From: a bacterium | Lineage (GTDB): Bacteria; UBA8248 | Direction of reading: 5' to 3' | DNA: 64,000 bases | Assembly: GCA_965221165.1 (NCBI GenBank) | Contig: CBDCRP010000002.1 | Span: 832,001 to 896,000 of the forward strand | Shown: in pieces, positions 48,442 through 59,580 of the stretch | How the letters are laid out: every line of letters begins with the position of its first letter | Numbering within the stretch: the stretch's first letter is position 1 | Position numbers and translations under genes: made by a program | The notes under the pieces: generated by a model | Databases searched by the model: none | The model's input: only the letters and a program-made list of their open reading frames with translations | Told to the model about the DNA's origin: nothing

Positions 48442-50289
48442 TTACGCCGAGGCGGCGGATTCCCTGATTCGCTCGAAATACGCCTTGGCGTCATCGGGCA
48501 AAGAAGTGAAGCGAAGCATCAATCTGTTGCCGTCCGATTCCACGACTTTCGCGTAGATATCGGAAAGGTCCGCTACTTCCGCCACGCGAAGCATGAGGTT
48601 CGCGTTCCTCTCGAAGGGGGATTCCGCTTCCACGTCCATGCAATTCTCCGAGGCGCGCTTGATTTCCGCGCCCACCGCTTCGTCCGACACCGTCTTGCCC
48701 TCGACCGCGAACATCCGCACTTCGACCGGCGAAGAGAGGTCCACAAACACCTCGGGCGCGGCTTCGGGCATCTCGCACGCATAAGGCCCCGACATCCCCC
48801 GCACCTCATAGACGCGGACAGGCTCCTCCAGCCCCTTGAAGCGCAGGTTCTGGGTTTCGCCTACCTGAACGACTTCCGCCATCTTCTGATAAGTATCGAC
48901 GCTGATGAGCACCTGCCCGCTCACGGTGTAGGACTCGATGCGGTAGGCCATGTTGATGGCCGTGCCCATCGCCCCGTATTTCGTGCGCTTCTCCGAACCG
49001 ATGTTGCCGACGATCACCTCGCCCGTGTTGATGGCGATCCCCATGTGAAGATCGGGCATGCCGCGCGCGCGCTGCTCTTGGTTGATCTCGACGAGCGCGC
49101 GCTGCATCTCCACGGCGCAGGCCACCGCCCGGGCCGAGTCGTCGGGGGCGGCGAGCGGCGCTCCGAAGAACGCGAGAATCCCGTCTCCCTGGAACTCGTC
49201 CACCGTGCCCCTGTACTTGGTGATGATCTCCACCATCGGCTCGAGAAAACGGTTCACGACATCGATGACCTCCGCAGGCTCAAGGCGTGAGGAAAGCGCG
49301 GTGAACCCCCGCAAGTCAGAGACCAGAAACGTCACCTCGCGCACCTCGCCGCCGAGCTTCAGCCCGTCGGGCGAGTTCAAGAGCTCATCCACGATCTCCT
49401 TGCTGATGTAGCGCCCGAAGGTGTCGCGGATGAAATCGCGCTGCTTCAAGCCCTCGATCATGCCCTCGAACGAGGTGGCCAAGCGGCCCACCTCGTCGTG
49501 GCTCCTCTTCGCGGGAACCGTGACGTCGAGGTTGCCCTGGCTCACTTCTTCCGCCGCGGACGTCAAGTTTCTGAGCAGGCGCAGCATTCTCGTTGAAGCC
49601 ACCCAGAAGAGGATGAGGCCCAGGGCGATCAGGATGACCGTGAAGCGGAGCAGTTTGAAGGTGTTCGTCCTCACCTGTTCGGCCACGGGGTTCGCAAGCT
49701 TGTTGAGCGTCAGGATGGCCACCACTTTGCCGTTCAACTTGAGCGGCGCGTTGAGCTGCAGGAACTTGTCGAACTCCCGGTCCCCCACCTTTCCGCCGAA
49801 AAGTCGGGAGCGCATCATCTCGCCGCGATTCCAGGTGTCGTTCGTGGCCTTGTAGGTGGCCGGAAAGAGCCGGTGAATGTGGGCGTCCTGGCCGATGCGG
49901 AATCCGTCGTGCGCGGCGGCGACGTATTCGTAGCTGCCGCCCGGCCGCCTGCGCAAGATGATGGCGTTGTCCACGCCCGAGATTTTCTTGATGCGCCGAA
50001 GCGCGGCGAGCACTTCCCGGTAGGCGTCGGTTCTCTTGTCCCCGGGCTGTCTTAAGCTGTGGACGGCTTCTGCGTCTATCGAAGAGGAACCGCGCTCGGC
50101 GATGAACTCGAGCTTGGCCGCCAGCACGTTGAGCTCGTAATTGTAACTCGATTGAAAATAGCGGAACGACATCGGAACGATGGCGACGATGAGAATAATC
50201 AGAACAAGGATAAGGCTCTTGAAGACGATGGAACAGTAAAACCCCTGCTTACCTCGGGTGCTTGACTCCGGACTGCTCGGTTGGGACAT
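48442..50289 (-). CDS. Membrane class III adenylate/guanylate cyclase (sensor-HAMP-cyclase)
   Basis: Two TMs, HAMP (DEVGRLA), SDLRGFT, FQGDG, GNIGSEKRTKY, NMAYRIES. Confidence 0.92.
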   Translation of the reverse strand: MSQPSSPESSTRGKQGFYCSIVFKSLILVLIILIVAIVPMSFRYFQSSYNYELNVLAAKLEFIAERGSSSIDAEAVHSLRQPGDKRTDAYREVLAALRRIKKISGVDNAIILRRRPGGSYEYVAAAHDGFRIGQDAHIHRLFPATYKATNDTWNRGEMMRSRLFGGKVGDREFDKFLQLNAPLKLNGKVVAILTLNKLANPVAEQVRTNTFKLLRFTVILIALGLILFWVASTRMLRLLRNLTSAAEEVSQGNLDVTVPAKRSHDEVGRLATSFEGMIEGLKQRDFIRDTFGRYISKEIVDELLNSPDGLKLGGEVREVTFLVSDLRGFTALSSRLEPAEVIDVVNRFLEPMVEIITKYRGTVDEFQGDGILAFFGAPLAAPDDSARAVACAVEMQRALVEINQEQRARGMPDLHMGIAINTGEVIVGNIGSEKRTKYGAMGTAINMAYRIESYTVSGQVLISVDTYQKMAEVVQVGETQNLRFKGLEEPVRVYEVRGMSGPYACEMPEAAPEVFVDLSSPVEVRMFAVEGKTVSDEAVGAEIKRASENCMDVEAESPFERNANLMLRVAEVADLSDIYAKVVESDGNRLMLRFTSLPDDAKAYFERIRESAASA

Positions 50290-50435
50290 CCTTACGCCTC
50301 CGGGGCGGCTCCAGAGGCCAGTATACACCACCGGAACGGTAGGAAAAGCCGAAAGCGAGGAGGATAGCCACCCCTTGAAACGGGCGGCGGGGCGGGCACT
50401 TCTCTACACACAAGAACGCCGCAGGGAGGCCCGTC

Positions 50436-51446
50436 TTACGCCGTGCGCTTTTTCCCCACGTAGTCGAGCAGCACCGCCAGGATGATGATCGCCCCCACCG
50501 CCAGCAGTTGCCAGTCGGCGGCGATGCCCAGCAGATTCAGGCCGTTTCTGATACACGCGATGATGAGCGTGCCGATGACGGTGCCGATAACGCGCCCCTC
50601 GCCGCCCAGCAGCGAGGCGCCGCCGATGACGACCGCGGCGATGACGTCCATCAAATCGAACATGCCCATGATGGCCTGGGCGGCCATCAGGCGCGAGGCC
50701 ATTACCACGCCCGCGAGCGCGCCGCAGAAACCGCTGAAGACGAGCACGAACAGCTTGACGGCGAATACGTTCACGCCGGCGACGCGGGCGGCCTCCTTGT
50801 TGCCGCCCACGGCGTAGATGTTCGTGCCCAAAACGGTGCGCGAGAGGATGAGGTGCGCGGCCAGAAAGACGACGGCCATGATGACGGCGGCCATGGGAAA
50901 CGGACCCAAGTAGCCCTGCCCCACTACGCTGAACGCCTCGGGCAGGCCGAAGATGGACTGCTCGCCCGTCAGGATGAGCGCGCCCCCGCGCGCGAGGCTG
51001 TCCATCGCCAGCGTGAGGATGAAGGCGGGAATCGCGAACCAGCCCACGAACACCCCGCTGACCCCGCCCAGAATCACTCCAAGAAGCAGGGTGGCGAGCA
51101 CGGCCGGCACGATGGGCACGCCGTAGTTCTTGAGCAACAGGGCGACGACGACTGCGCCCATCGACTGGATGGAGGCCACCGAGAGGTCGATCTCCGCACA
51201 GATGATGACGAGCGTGAGACCCGCCGCCATGATGCCGATGTTGGCAGACTGGAGCAGGATGTTCATCATGTTCGAGACGGTGAAGAAGTTCTCCGCCGTG
51301 ATGGAGAGAAAGACGATCAACAAGATGAGCGCGAGGTTGAGGCCGTATTTGGAAAAACCAGAGGCGATGAGAGAGGAGATGCCGTATCCCCCACTCGCAC
51401 CGGCGGCGGGGCCTCGCCCGCTATCCGATTTCACCTCATTGCTCAT
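50436..51446 (-). CDS. Sugar ABC transporter permease (RbsC-like)
   Basis: IDLSV, YAVGGNKEAARVAG, IAAVVIGGASLLGGEG. Confidence 0.92.
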   Translation of the reverse strand: MSNEVKSDSGRGPAAGASGGYGISSLIASGFSKYGLNLALILLIVFLSITAENFFTVSNMMNILLQSANIGIMAAGLTLVIICAEIDLSVASIQSMGAVVVALLLKNYGVPIVPAVLATLLLGVILGGVSGVFVGWFAIPAFILTLAMDSLARGGALILTGEQSIFGLPEAFSVVGQGYLGPFPMAAVIMAVVFLAAHLILSRTVLGTNIYAVGGNKEAARVAGVNVFAVKLFVLVFSGFCGALAGVVMASRLMAAQAIMGMFDLMDVIAAVVIGGASLLGGEGRVIGTVIGTLIIACIRNGLNLLGIAADWQLLAVGAIIILAVLLDYVGKKRTA

Positions 51447-51473
51447 GGTTTCTCTCCCCCGCAGGCGCGCCCC

Positions 51474-53066
51474 TTACGCCGCTGTGCTCGTCGCGTAGCG
51501 CATGATCGTTTCGGCGTCGGCGTCTTCGCGAAGAACCTCGCCGGTGATGCGGCCCTCGTTCATCACGATTATCCGGTTGCAAATCGCCGTGACCTCGGGC
51601 AATTCCGAGGAAATCACGATAATCGCCACCCCGAGCTGCGCCAACTCCTCGAGTATCCCGTAGATCTCCACCTTGGCGCCCGCGTCGACGCCCTTGGTCG
51701 GCTCATCGAGAATGACGATTCGCGCTCCCGTGGATATCCCCCGCGCGAGCAGCACCTTCTGCTGGTTCCCGCCGCTGAGCTGAGCGATCTGATCCGTCAG
51801 GGAGGCGACCTTGATCCGGAGCCTCTCCACGTAGCCGCGCGATAGGCTATCTGCGCCCGAGCCGTTGATGTAGCCCATCAGGCGCGTGAGTTTTCGAGAG
51901 CGGCTCTCTCTACCGAAGTTGAACAGGGTGATCAGCAGATTCTCCAGCACCGAGAGGAGCGGGAACACGCCCTGGTTCTTGCGATCCTCGGTCAGGAAGG
52001 AGAGCCCGTAGCGTATGGCGTCGCGGGGCTTGCGGATTCTCGCCCTTTTCTGATCGATGAACACCTCGCCACCGTCGGGCCGCTCGAGACCGAAGAGCGC
52101 GCGGAGCAGGTCCGTCCTCCCCGCGCCGACAAGTCCAGCAAAACCGAGAATCTCACCCTGCCTGATACGGAAACTCACGTCGCTGAACACGCCGCTTTTC
52201 GTGAAATTCCTGACCTCGAGAACCTCTTGGCCTATCTTTCCTGAAATCCTGGGATAGCGCTCGCTGAAGGTGCGCCCCGTCATCATCCGGATCAGGGTGT
52301 CGATGTCGGTGTTTTGGGCGGGGATCGTCCCGACGTGGCGTCCGTCGCGCAGCACGGAAATCCGGTCGCCAATCGCGAGGCAATCCTCCAGGGTGTGGGA
52401 GACGTAGACGACCCCGATGCCCCGCGCCTTCAACCGTTCGATGACGCCGAAGAGCGCTTCCTTTTCCCCGGGGCCTAAGGAGGTGGTGGGCTCGTCCATC
52501 AGGATGACCCTCGCATCGAACGCCACCGCCTTGGCGATCTCGAGAAACTGCATGTCCGACAAACTCAAACCCGATACCCCGGCGTCGGGGTCTATATCTA
52601 TCCCGAGTTCTGCGAATATCTCCCGGCAGCGCCGGTCCATCGCCGCCTCGTCACGCACGCCCAGCCGCCCGAGCAACCGGTTCTTCACTCTCAAATCGCG
52701 GCCCAGGAAAAGATTGCTCTTCACGTCCATCAGCCGCACGAGGCTCAACTCCTGATGGATCACGCTGATCCCGAGTTCCCGCGTGAGGGCGGGGGAGCAT
52801 CTCTCGACGGCCCGGCCCTCGAACACCATCTCGCCCGCATCTTTTTCGACGACGCCCGAGATAATCTTGATGAGAGTCGACTTGCCGGCCCCGTTCTCGC
52901 CCAGGAGTACATGGACCTCGCCGGGCCGCACGTTGAAATCCACGTCATCGAGCGCCACGACGCCCGGAAACTCCTTGCCGACTCCGCGCATATCGAAGAT
53001 GAGCGGATCGTGCTCGCTCCCGCCCTCTGGCGGAGACTCCGGTGGGTTGTGGGGGAATGACGTCAT
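51474..53066 (-). CDS. Sugar ABC transporter ATP-binding protein (RbsA-like)
   Basis: GENGAGKST, DEPT, LSGGNQQK, DEPTKGVDAGAK. Confidence 0.94.
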   Translation of the reverse strand: MTSFPHNPPESPPEGGSEHDPLIFDMRGVGKEFPGVVALDDVDFNVRPGEVHVLLGENGAGKSTLIKIISGVVEKDAGEMVFEGRAVERCSPALTRELGISVIHQELSLVRLMDVKSNLFLGRDLRVKNRLLGRLGVRDEAAMDRRCREIFAELGIDIDPDAGVSGLSLSDMQFLEIAKAVAFDARVILMDEPTTSLGPGEKEALFGVIERLKARGIGVVYVSHTLEDCLAIGDRISVLRDGRHVGTIPAQNTDIDTLIRMMTGRTFSERYPRISGKIGQEVLEVRNFTKSGVFSDVSFRIRQGEILGFAGLVGAGRTDLLRALFGLERPDGGEVFIDQKRARIRKPRDAIRYGLSFLTEDRKNQGVFPLLSVLENLLITLFNFGRESRSRKLTRLMGYINGSGADSLSRGYVERLRIKVASLTDQIAQLSGGNQQKVLLARGISTGARIVILDEPTKGVDAGAKVEIYGILEELAQLGVAIIVISSELPEVTAICNRIIVMNEGRITGEVLREDADAETIMRYATSTAA

Positions 53067-53161
53067 GGACGAGTTCTTTCCGTCGGGTCAGTGGAGCGAC
53101 GTAAGCGGCCGCCGCGTTCGCTTTGCCTGAGCGCGCAAATCCACCGGCCCCGCCCGCGCCG

Positions 53162-54367
53162 CTATATCTCGAGCGGCTCCTTGGGGAAGGCCGTAAAGGA
53201 AACACCGCCGTCCTTCGTCACGTGCACCATGTCCTCGTTGCCGAACAGATAGGTGTCGTCGACGGCGATGCGCGGCTCGACCGCGAGCACCATGTTCTCC
53301 TCCAGCGGCAGTTCCTCGATTCCCATGTCCGGGCGTTCGTGAATGTCCCATCCCAGGCCGTGGCCCAGGAACCTGTCCCACAAATCGAACCCGGCTTCAC
53401 GGGCCATATCCTCGGCCAGATCGACGAGTTTGCTGGCCAGGATCCCCGGCTTCGCCGCGTCGATGACCGCGCTCTGAACATCCAGTATCGTCTCGTAGGC
53501 GCGCCGGTGGGCTTCCGTCACCGGCCCCATGGCGCGGGTGCGCGAGGAGTCGACCGGATAGCCCTCGAAGCGCATGCAGATGTCCCAATGCACGACGTTG
53601 CCGCGCTCGATCGCCTTGGACGGACTGGGCATGTGCAACAGCGCGCCGGCCACCGGATAGCCGCTGCAGATGAGGCTCGGCGAAGAGCTGCACGAATCTT
53701 CATAAATCGGGTCGGCGGAGCGCATCGCGTGCTCGGCGGCGCGGATGAGTTCGAGTTCGGTCGTGCCGACGCTCTCCGTACCCAGGATGGCGGCGACGGT
53801 CTCATGCCCCAAATCCGCGACACGGCCCGCCTTGCGCATCATCTCGAGATCAAAATCGCTCTTCACCATCCGGAGTTCTTCGACGATGGTCGAGCGCACG
53901 ATCTCCAGGTTCGGGAACGTCTCCCTCATCCCGACGTAGAGCGGCGCCGGAAACTTATCGAAGGTCTCGATACCGACGCGGCGCACGTTCCCTGCGTCGA
54001 GAATCAGCATCTCCAGGTTCTCGACGGACAGCCCGTCGCCCTTTTTCGCCGAAAACCCCTCCCCGGCCACGATGCGCGGGACGCAGACTTCGCGCGTCGG
54101 CATGAGGCCCGGATCGACCAGGAGCGCGGGCTCGTCCTTTTGCGTGATGAAGACCGCCCCCCCGTCGACGATGGCGGTCTCCGTGCGCGTGAGGCTAATC
54201 CACCCCGCCCGGTCGGGGAAGTAATCGGTGAGGTAGCGCAGGCTGCCGGAGAGCTTGTTGTTCCCGTAGACGATGAGGGCGTCGTATTCGCGCTCCGCCA
54301 TCATCTGCCGGGTCTTCGCCAGCCGCCTGTCGATTTCGGCCTGAAGCACGTCGCGTGGAATGGGCAT
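53162..54367 (-). CDS. M24 family (Xaa-Pro peptidase-like) metallohydrolase
   Basis: D..DSSRT, GHGLGWDIHE, EP, NED metal ligands. Confidence 0.85.
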   Translation of the reverse strand: MPIPRDVLQAEIDRRLAKTRQMMAEREYDALIVYGNNKLSGSLRYLTDYFPDRAGWISLTRTETAIVDGGAVFITQKDEPALLVDPGLMPTREVCVPRIVAGEGFSAKKGDGLSVENLEMLILDAGNVRRVGIETFDKFPAPLYVGMRETFPNLEIVRSTIVEELRMVKSDFDLEMMRKAGRVADLGHETVAAILGTESVGTTELELIRAAEHAMRSADPIYEDSCSSSPSLICSGYPVAGALLHMPSPSKAIERGNVVHWDICMRFEGYPVDSSRTRAMGPVTEAHRRAYETILDVQSAVIDAAKPGILASKLVDLAEDMAREAGFDLWDRFLGHGLGWDIHERPDMGIEELPLEENMVLAVEPRIAVDDTYLFGNEDMVHVTKDGGVSFTAFPKEPLEI

Positions 54368-54447
54368 GTCGTCCCCCCGGCGAGTGGACGCGCGAGGAGA
54401 CGGGGAATCAAAACCCCGCCTCCGCCGCGCGGCGTCGCGCGTGATTC

Positions 54448-55404
54448 CTATTTGACCCCGGCTTTTAAGCTCTTACCGACCGCCTGGAGCAGCTTCGTCT
54501 CGAGCGGAATCGTTCCGGTGTCTATCGTGTACTTGGATTTATCGTCCCGATCCATCGCCACGTCGACGCCCGTGCGGACGAGTTGTTTGCCGACGGAATC
54601 GCAAAAAGTCAGCACGGTCGCCAGCATGTTTCCGCGATAGACTTCCTGCACCGCCTCTTCGACGCCGTTGAAACCCGTAACGATGATCTTGCCCAGCTTG
54701 CCGCGCGCCTTGACGGCCTGGAGCGCGCCCAGCGCCATGTCGTCGTTCACGGCGATGATGGCCGAGATATCCGGATGCGCCGTCAGGATGTCCTCCGCTT
54801 TCTTGAGTCCCTGCGCGCGGTCCCAGTTGGCCGCCCAGGTGCCGACCACCTTGATGCCCTTGTACTTGGCCAGCGTGTCTTTCGCGCCCCTTTTCCGCAG
54901 GATGCTGGACATGTTGCCCGGCACGCCTTCCATGAGCGCGACCTTGCCCTTGCCGCCCAATTCCTCGGCGGCGGCCCTGGCGACCGCGGACTGCCCGTAA
55001 TACTGATCCGGGCCGACGAAATGCCGCGCTACCTGCTTGGCCAAATCGTCGGAATGAATCAGCACGCGGATGCCGCTTTTCTGCACCTTCTTGACCGTCT
55101 GCACCATCGCGTTCGGGTCGATGGCGCTGAAGGCGAGAACGTGCACTCGCTTCTGGATCATGTCGTCGATCATCTTGGTCACGCCGATCAAGTCGGTGCC
55201 CAGGGCGCCGCTCAATACCGTGAGCTTGACGTTGGGATTTTTCTTGGCTTCCGCCTCGGCGGAGCGTTTGAGACACGCGAAGTAGGGGTTCCCCAGCGTT
55301 TCCACCACGATGCCAATCTTGATGTCCTTCGCGAACGCGGGCGATGTGAACCCGGCGAACGTGACCGCCACTGCTACGATAACGATGCCGATCATGCGCT
55401 TCAT
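54448..55404 (-). CDS. Sugar ABC substrate-binding protein
   Basis: Signal peptide ending in AFA, NPYF, ANWDR, NDDMALGA. Confidence 0.9.
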   Translation of the reverse strand: MKRMIGIVIVAVAVTFAGFTSPAFAKDIKIGIVVETLGNPYFACLKRSAEAEAKKNPNVKLTVLSGALGTDLIGVTKMIDDMIQKRVHVLAFSAIDPNAMVQTVKKVQKSGIRVLIHSDDLAKQVARHFVGPDQYYGQSAVARAAAEELGGKGKVALMEGVPGNMSSILRKRGAKDTLAKYKGIKVVGTWAANWDRAQGLKKAEDILTAHPDISAIIAVNDDMALGALQAVKARGKLGKIIVTGFNGVEEAVQEVYRGNMLATVLTFCDSVGKQLVRTGVDVAMDRDDKSKYTIDTGTIPLETKLLQAVGKSLKAGVK

Positions 55405-55558
55405 AGACTTTCCTCCCCGGTTAGATCTATGGACCAGTGTGCAATCGTATTCTCTGAAATGTATTGATGGGAAAATCATCACACACAGGCTTCGGCCCGT
55501 CAAGAAAGGAGACCGGCGGCGGGCGTGAGTGGACAACCCGCCGCCGGTGGAAAACTCC

Positions 55559-57304
55559 CTACTTCGGCGGAATGATCGGCAAGAGCACGTGGGAGGGATA
55601 CTCGGGACCGGTGTGGACCGTCACCTCGCCGCCGAACACCTCAGGCGGCCTGTCGAGTGGATCGTTGTGCCTAAAGGGTCCCACGCCCGAGAAGACGGCG
55701 GGCATGTTCGGAAGCCCCTTGGCGACGCCGCCCGGGTAGACGTAATCACACCCCCGGATGCTGAGAGCGAGGCGATGGCCCCTGGGAATCACGATGCAGG
55801 TGGGCCAAATCTCGACGTCCAGTTCGTATATCTCGCCGGGTGTCAAGGGCTGCGCCTCGTCGTGCGTGTGGTAGGGCCGATAGGGCAGCGTGCGATTTTC
55901 ATCCAGCTTTCGGTGCGAGGCCCTGAGCCAGCCCTGGGCGACCGGTGTTTTGGGGTCGAGCGCGCCCTGAAAGGTGACCTCCTTGAAATCGGGCGTGAAG
56001 AGCCTTAAAACCAGGAACAGGTCGGCGTCTTCGGTGGCGGAAGACACCCACAGCCTGGACGCCAGGGGGCCCGTGATCTCGGTTTCACTCTTCAAGGGAG
56101 GCGAGACGAACGTCACCCCGTCGCCCAGGCCCGAATAGGTGGCGGAACCCGCCTCGGCGGGCGCGGCCTCGCCGAGCAGGTGGCCCTCGCTCTGGAGAAA
56201 GAGCTTCGTCCACTGCGTGCGCGCGATGGGCCACTCGTTCTCCGCGCGCTCCACGAATTTCTCTCCCGGGTGGCGCACCTGGAGCAGGACTCTGGGCTGA
56301 TCCTTCCAGCCCGTGTCCTCATCTTTCAGGAAATGACCAAAGAATTTCTTCTGTAGCATCACGCCGTAATCGGTGTAAAACTCCGTCCAGTGCTCGATGC
56401 CGTGGCTCTCGAGCCATTTTTCTTCCGAGGCCGCGTTCATGAAGGCCTCGCAGTTCCCGCGCGGGTGAAGACCCTGGCCGCCCCAGTTGTTCGAGGAGAG
56501 AAACGGAACCTCGATTTGGGACCAGTCGGGGGTTTTCCCCTTCCAGTATTCATCATCGAGCGGGTGCGCGCGCATCTCCGCTCCCAGGCGGCAGCGGTTA
56601 GCACCCAACTCCTCCTCGCTCAGGGTGTCCGGCCCCGAGACCCAGTCGCCCGTCACCCTGCTCCTGTAGCCGCGCTCACCCAGGCCATGCTGTTTGGAGC
56701 GCGCCCTTCGCTCGTACCAGTTCTCCGTGAACGTGCAGTAAATGCCCCCGTGGTAGTTCATGTCGCGATAGAAATCCGCCGCCCCCTCCCAGGCGCACAT
56801 GGCGACGAGATGCGGCGGCTTCAAGCACGCGACCTGCCACTGGTTGATGGCGTAATACGAGATGCCGTTGATACCCACCTTCCCGTTGCTCCAGGGCTGC
56901 ACGCCCGCCCACTCGATGCAGTCGTAGAAATCCCTGGTTTCGCGATCCGAGAAGGGATCCATATATCCCGGCGAGCGGCCAGCGCCCCTCGAGTCCACGC
57001 GCAGGCATACGTAGCCCTCGGGCACCCATTTTTCCGGGTCCACGACCTCCCAGTTCTGGTACTTGTTGGAGGAGCCGGCGGCGACGTCGGGGTGTTGCTC
57101 CACCATGCGCCGCCACTGTTCGGGATAGCCGTCCTCGAAGTGGAGCCACTTCCCGTAAATCCCGTAAGTGATCAGGACGGGATAGCGTCCCTCGCCGGTG
57201 GGCCGGTAGACGTCGCAGCGCAGCACGACGCCGTCGTCCATCTCGATGGGAACTTCCCAGTCGATCCGCATGCCGTCGGCTATTTCAGATTTACGCCCTC
57301 TCAT
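55559..57304 (-). CDS. CocE/NonD family hydrolase
   Basis: MDDGVVLRCDVYRP, DSRGAGRSPG, WSNGKVGINGISYYA, GWLRASHR. Confidence 0.92.
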   Translation of the reverse strand: MRGRKSEIADGMRIDWEVPIEMDDGVVLRCDVYRPTGEGRYPVLITYGIYGKWLHFEDGYPEQWRRMVEQHPDVAAGSSNKYQNWEVVDPEKWVPEGYVCLRVDSRGAGRSPGYMDPFSDRETRDFYDCIEWAGVQPWSNGKVGINGISYYAINQWQVACLKPPHLVAMCAWEGAADFYRDMNYHGGIYCTFTENWYERRARSKQHGLGERGYRSRVTGDWVSGPDTLSEEELGANRCRLGAEMRAHPLDDEYWKGKTPDWSQIEVPFLSSNNWGGQGLHPRGNCEAFMNAASEEKWLESHGIEHWTEFYTDYGVMLQKKFFGHFLKDEDTGWKDQPRVLLQVRHPGEKFVERAENEWPIARTQWTKLFLQSEGHLLGEAAPAEAGSATYSGLGDGVTFVSPPLKSETEITGPLASRLWVSSATEDADLFLVLRLFTPDFKEVTFQGALDPKTPVAQGWLRASHRKLDENRTLPYRPYHTHDEAQPLTPGEIYELDVEIWPTCIVIPRGHRLALSIRGCDYVYPGGVAKGLPNMPAVFSGVGPFRHNDPLDRPPEVFGGEVTVHTGPEYPSHVLLPIIPPK

Positions 57305-57336
57305 CGCACACCTCACGTCTTTTATGAGAAATTTAC

Positions 57337-59082
57337 TTATTTTTCAGGAATCACCGGCAGCAACACGTGCGATGGATGCGCCGGGCCGGTGTGAAGCGTC
57401 ACCTTTCCGCCGAACAACTCCGTCGGCCTGTCTTCTTTCAAATCATGCTTGAAGGGCCCCACGCCGTAATAGATGCGGCCCGATATTTTGGGTGCTGTCG
57501 GCTCGTAGCCCGGCCAGACGTAATCGCGCCCGCGAACGCTCAAGGCGAGGCGGTATTCCTTGGGGATCACGATGGAAGTCGGCCAGATTTCTACGTCCAG
57601 TTCGTATATCTCGCCCGGCGTCAGGGGCTGAATCTCATCGTGCGTGTGGTAGGGCCGATAGGGCAGCGTGAGCGCCTCATCGAGCTTTCTGTGCGAGGCC
57701 CTGAGCCAGCCGATGGCCACGGGCGTGTGCGGGTCGTTCGCACCCCGGTAGAGGATCTCCGTCATGTCCGGCGAGAAGACGCGCAGGGTGAGGAACAAAT
57801 CCGCGTCTTCCGTATCCGAGGAGATGAACATCTTGGCCGCCACGGGGCCCGTGATCTCGGTTTCCTCGGCGAAAGGAGACGAGACGTATATAAGCCCGTC
57901 TCCCAGGGCGTCATAGGTCTTCGCCCGTTCGTTGGTCTGGGGTTCCGCCCTGAAGGCGCCGGATCCTGAATGCAGGTAATACTTCGTCCACTGCGTGCGC
58001 GCGATGGGCCACTCGCTCTCCGCGCGCGCCACGAATTTCTCGCCCGGATGACGCACCTGGAGCAGGACTTTCGGCTGCTCCTCCCAGCCCGTATCCTCAC
58101 CTTTTAAGAAATGGCCAAAAAATTTCTTCTGGAGCGCAACGCCGTAATCTGTATAAAAATGCGTGAAATGCTCGAGGCCGTGCATTTCCAGCCATTTCTC
58201 CCCGGTGGCCGATTGCACGAAGCCCTCCGTGTTGCCCCTGGGATGCAGACCCACGCCGCCCCAGTTGCCCGCCGATAAGAGCGGCACGTTGATTTTAGAA
58301 TAATCGGGCATGCGCGCGCGCCAGTAATCATCCACGAGAGGATGATCCAGGATGTCGCGCCCGAAATCGCTCCTGTTCGAAGCGAGTTCTTCTTCGCTCA
58401 GGTTCGCAGGGCCTGATATCCAGTCTCCGTTCAGTCGGCTCTTGATGCCGCGCTCCCCCTTGCCGTACTGCCGGGGCACGACGGCCTCGCGGTACCAGGT
58501 CTCAGAAAACCGACAGGCGATGCCCCCGTGGTGGGCGAGATCGCGGTAGAAATCGGCCGCCCCCTCCCAGACGCACATGGCCGCCAGGTGCGGCGGCTGG
58601 AGCGATGCCACCTGCCACTGGTTCATCCCGTAATAAGAGATGCCGTTCAGCCCCACCTTCCCGTTGCTCCAGGCCTGTACGCCCGCCCACTCGATGCAGT
58701 CATGAAAATCCCGCGCTTCGCGCGGCGACCACACCTCGAGATAGCCCGGCGAACGCCCGGCGCCCCTTGAATCCACCCGCACGCAGGCGTAGCCCTCGGG
58801 CACCCATTTCTCGGGGTCCACCAGTTCCCAGTTCTGGTATTTATTGCTCGTCCCCATGACGGTTTCCGGATAATCGTTCACCATCAGGCTCCACTGGTGG
58901 GGGTAGCCGTCTTGTAGATGAAGCCACTTGGCGTAGGGGCCGTAGCTCATGATGACGGGATATTCCCCATCGTCATCGGGCCGGTAGACGTCGCAGCGCA
59001 GCACCACGCCGTCGTCCATCTCGACCGGCACGTCCCAGTCGATGCGCATCCCGTCTCTTGCCTCGCTCTTGTACTCGCTCAT
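57337..59082 (-). CDS. CocE/NonD family hydrolase, tandem paralog
   Basis: Same motifs (GLNGISYYG). Confidence 0.92.
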   Translation of the reverse strand: MSEYKSEARDGMRIDWDVPVEMDDGVVLRCDVYRPDDDGEYPVIMSYGPYAKWLHLQDGYPHQWSLMVNDYPETVMGTSNKYQNWELVDPEKWVPEGYACVRVDSRGAGRSPGYLEVWSPREARDFHDCIEWAGVQAWSNGKVGLNGISYYGMNQWQVASLQPPHLAAMCVWEGAADFYRDLAHHGGIACRFSETWYREAVVPRQYGKGERGIKSRLNGDWISGPANLSEEELASNRSDFGRDILDHPLVDDYWRARMPDYSKINVPLLSAGNWGGVGLHPRGNTEGFVQSATGEKWLEMHGLEHFTHFYTDYGVALQKKFFGHFLKGEDTGWEEQPKVLLQVRHPGEKFVARAESEWPIARTQWTKYYLHSGSGAFRAEPQTNERAKTYDALGDGLIYVSSPFAEETEITGPVAAKMFISSDTEDADLFLTLRVFSPDMTEILYRGANDPHTPVAIGWLRASHRKLDEALTLPYRPYHTHDEIQPLTPGEIYELDVEIWPTSIVIPKEYRLALSVRGRDYVWPGYEPTAPKISGRIYYGVGPFKHDLKEDRPTELFGGKVTLHTGPAHPSHVLLPVIPEK

Positions 59083-59580
59083 GTCTCGCCTTTCTGAAAA
59101 AAGGTTGGAATCACCGTCGGTGACATATTTAGGGATGGGAGGAATATAACCGAGGGGATGGGGCTAGTCCAGGTATGGAGGGGTGATTCAGCGAGAGCTT
59201 TTATGCCGGAGAATACGCTCTACGACTCTTACCTATTGGCAAAATCGCGCAGATGGGAATGTTGTGGCCAAGTAGATTGCTAAAGACATTTACAACTAAA
59301 TCACACCAATTTAAGAACAATTCCATAAACTGATTAATGCCCAACACAACATTTTGTAGATAAATGAGTTATTTTTGATTTTTATCCACAAAATGTGGTA
59401 TATTTTGAAACTTACTAGCCTTTGGAATGGGGCACCAAAGGATAGTAAGTTTAACGACAGACGAACTAACTGAAAACGTGAAGCAACATAAGATGTGGAT
59501 AAAGATTGAGTGCCTCCGATCTTCACCATCGAAGGCACTCATGCTGATGTGTTGCCGGGAGCATCAGCAACCGGGGGCAG

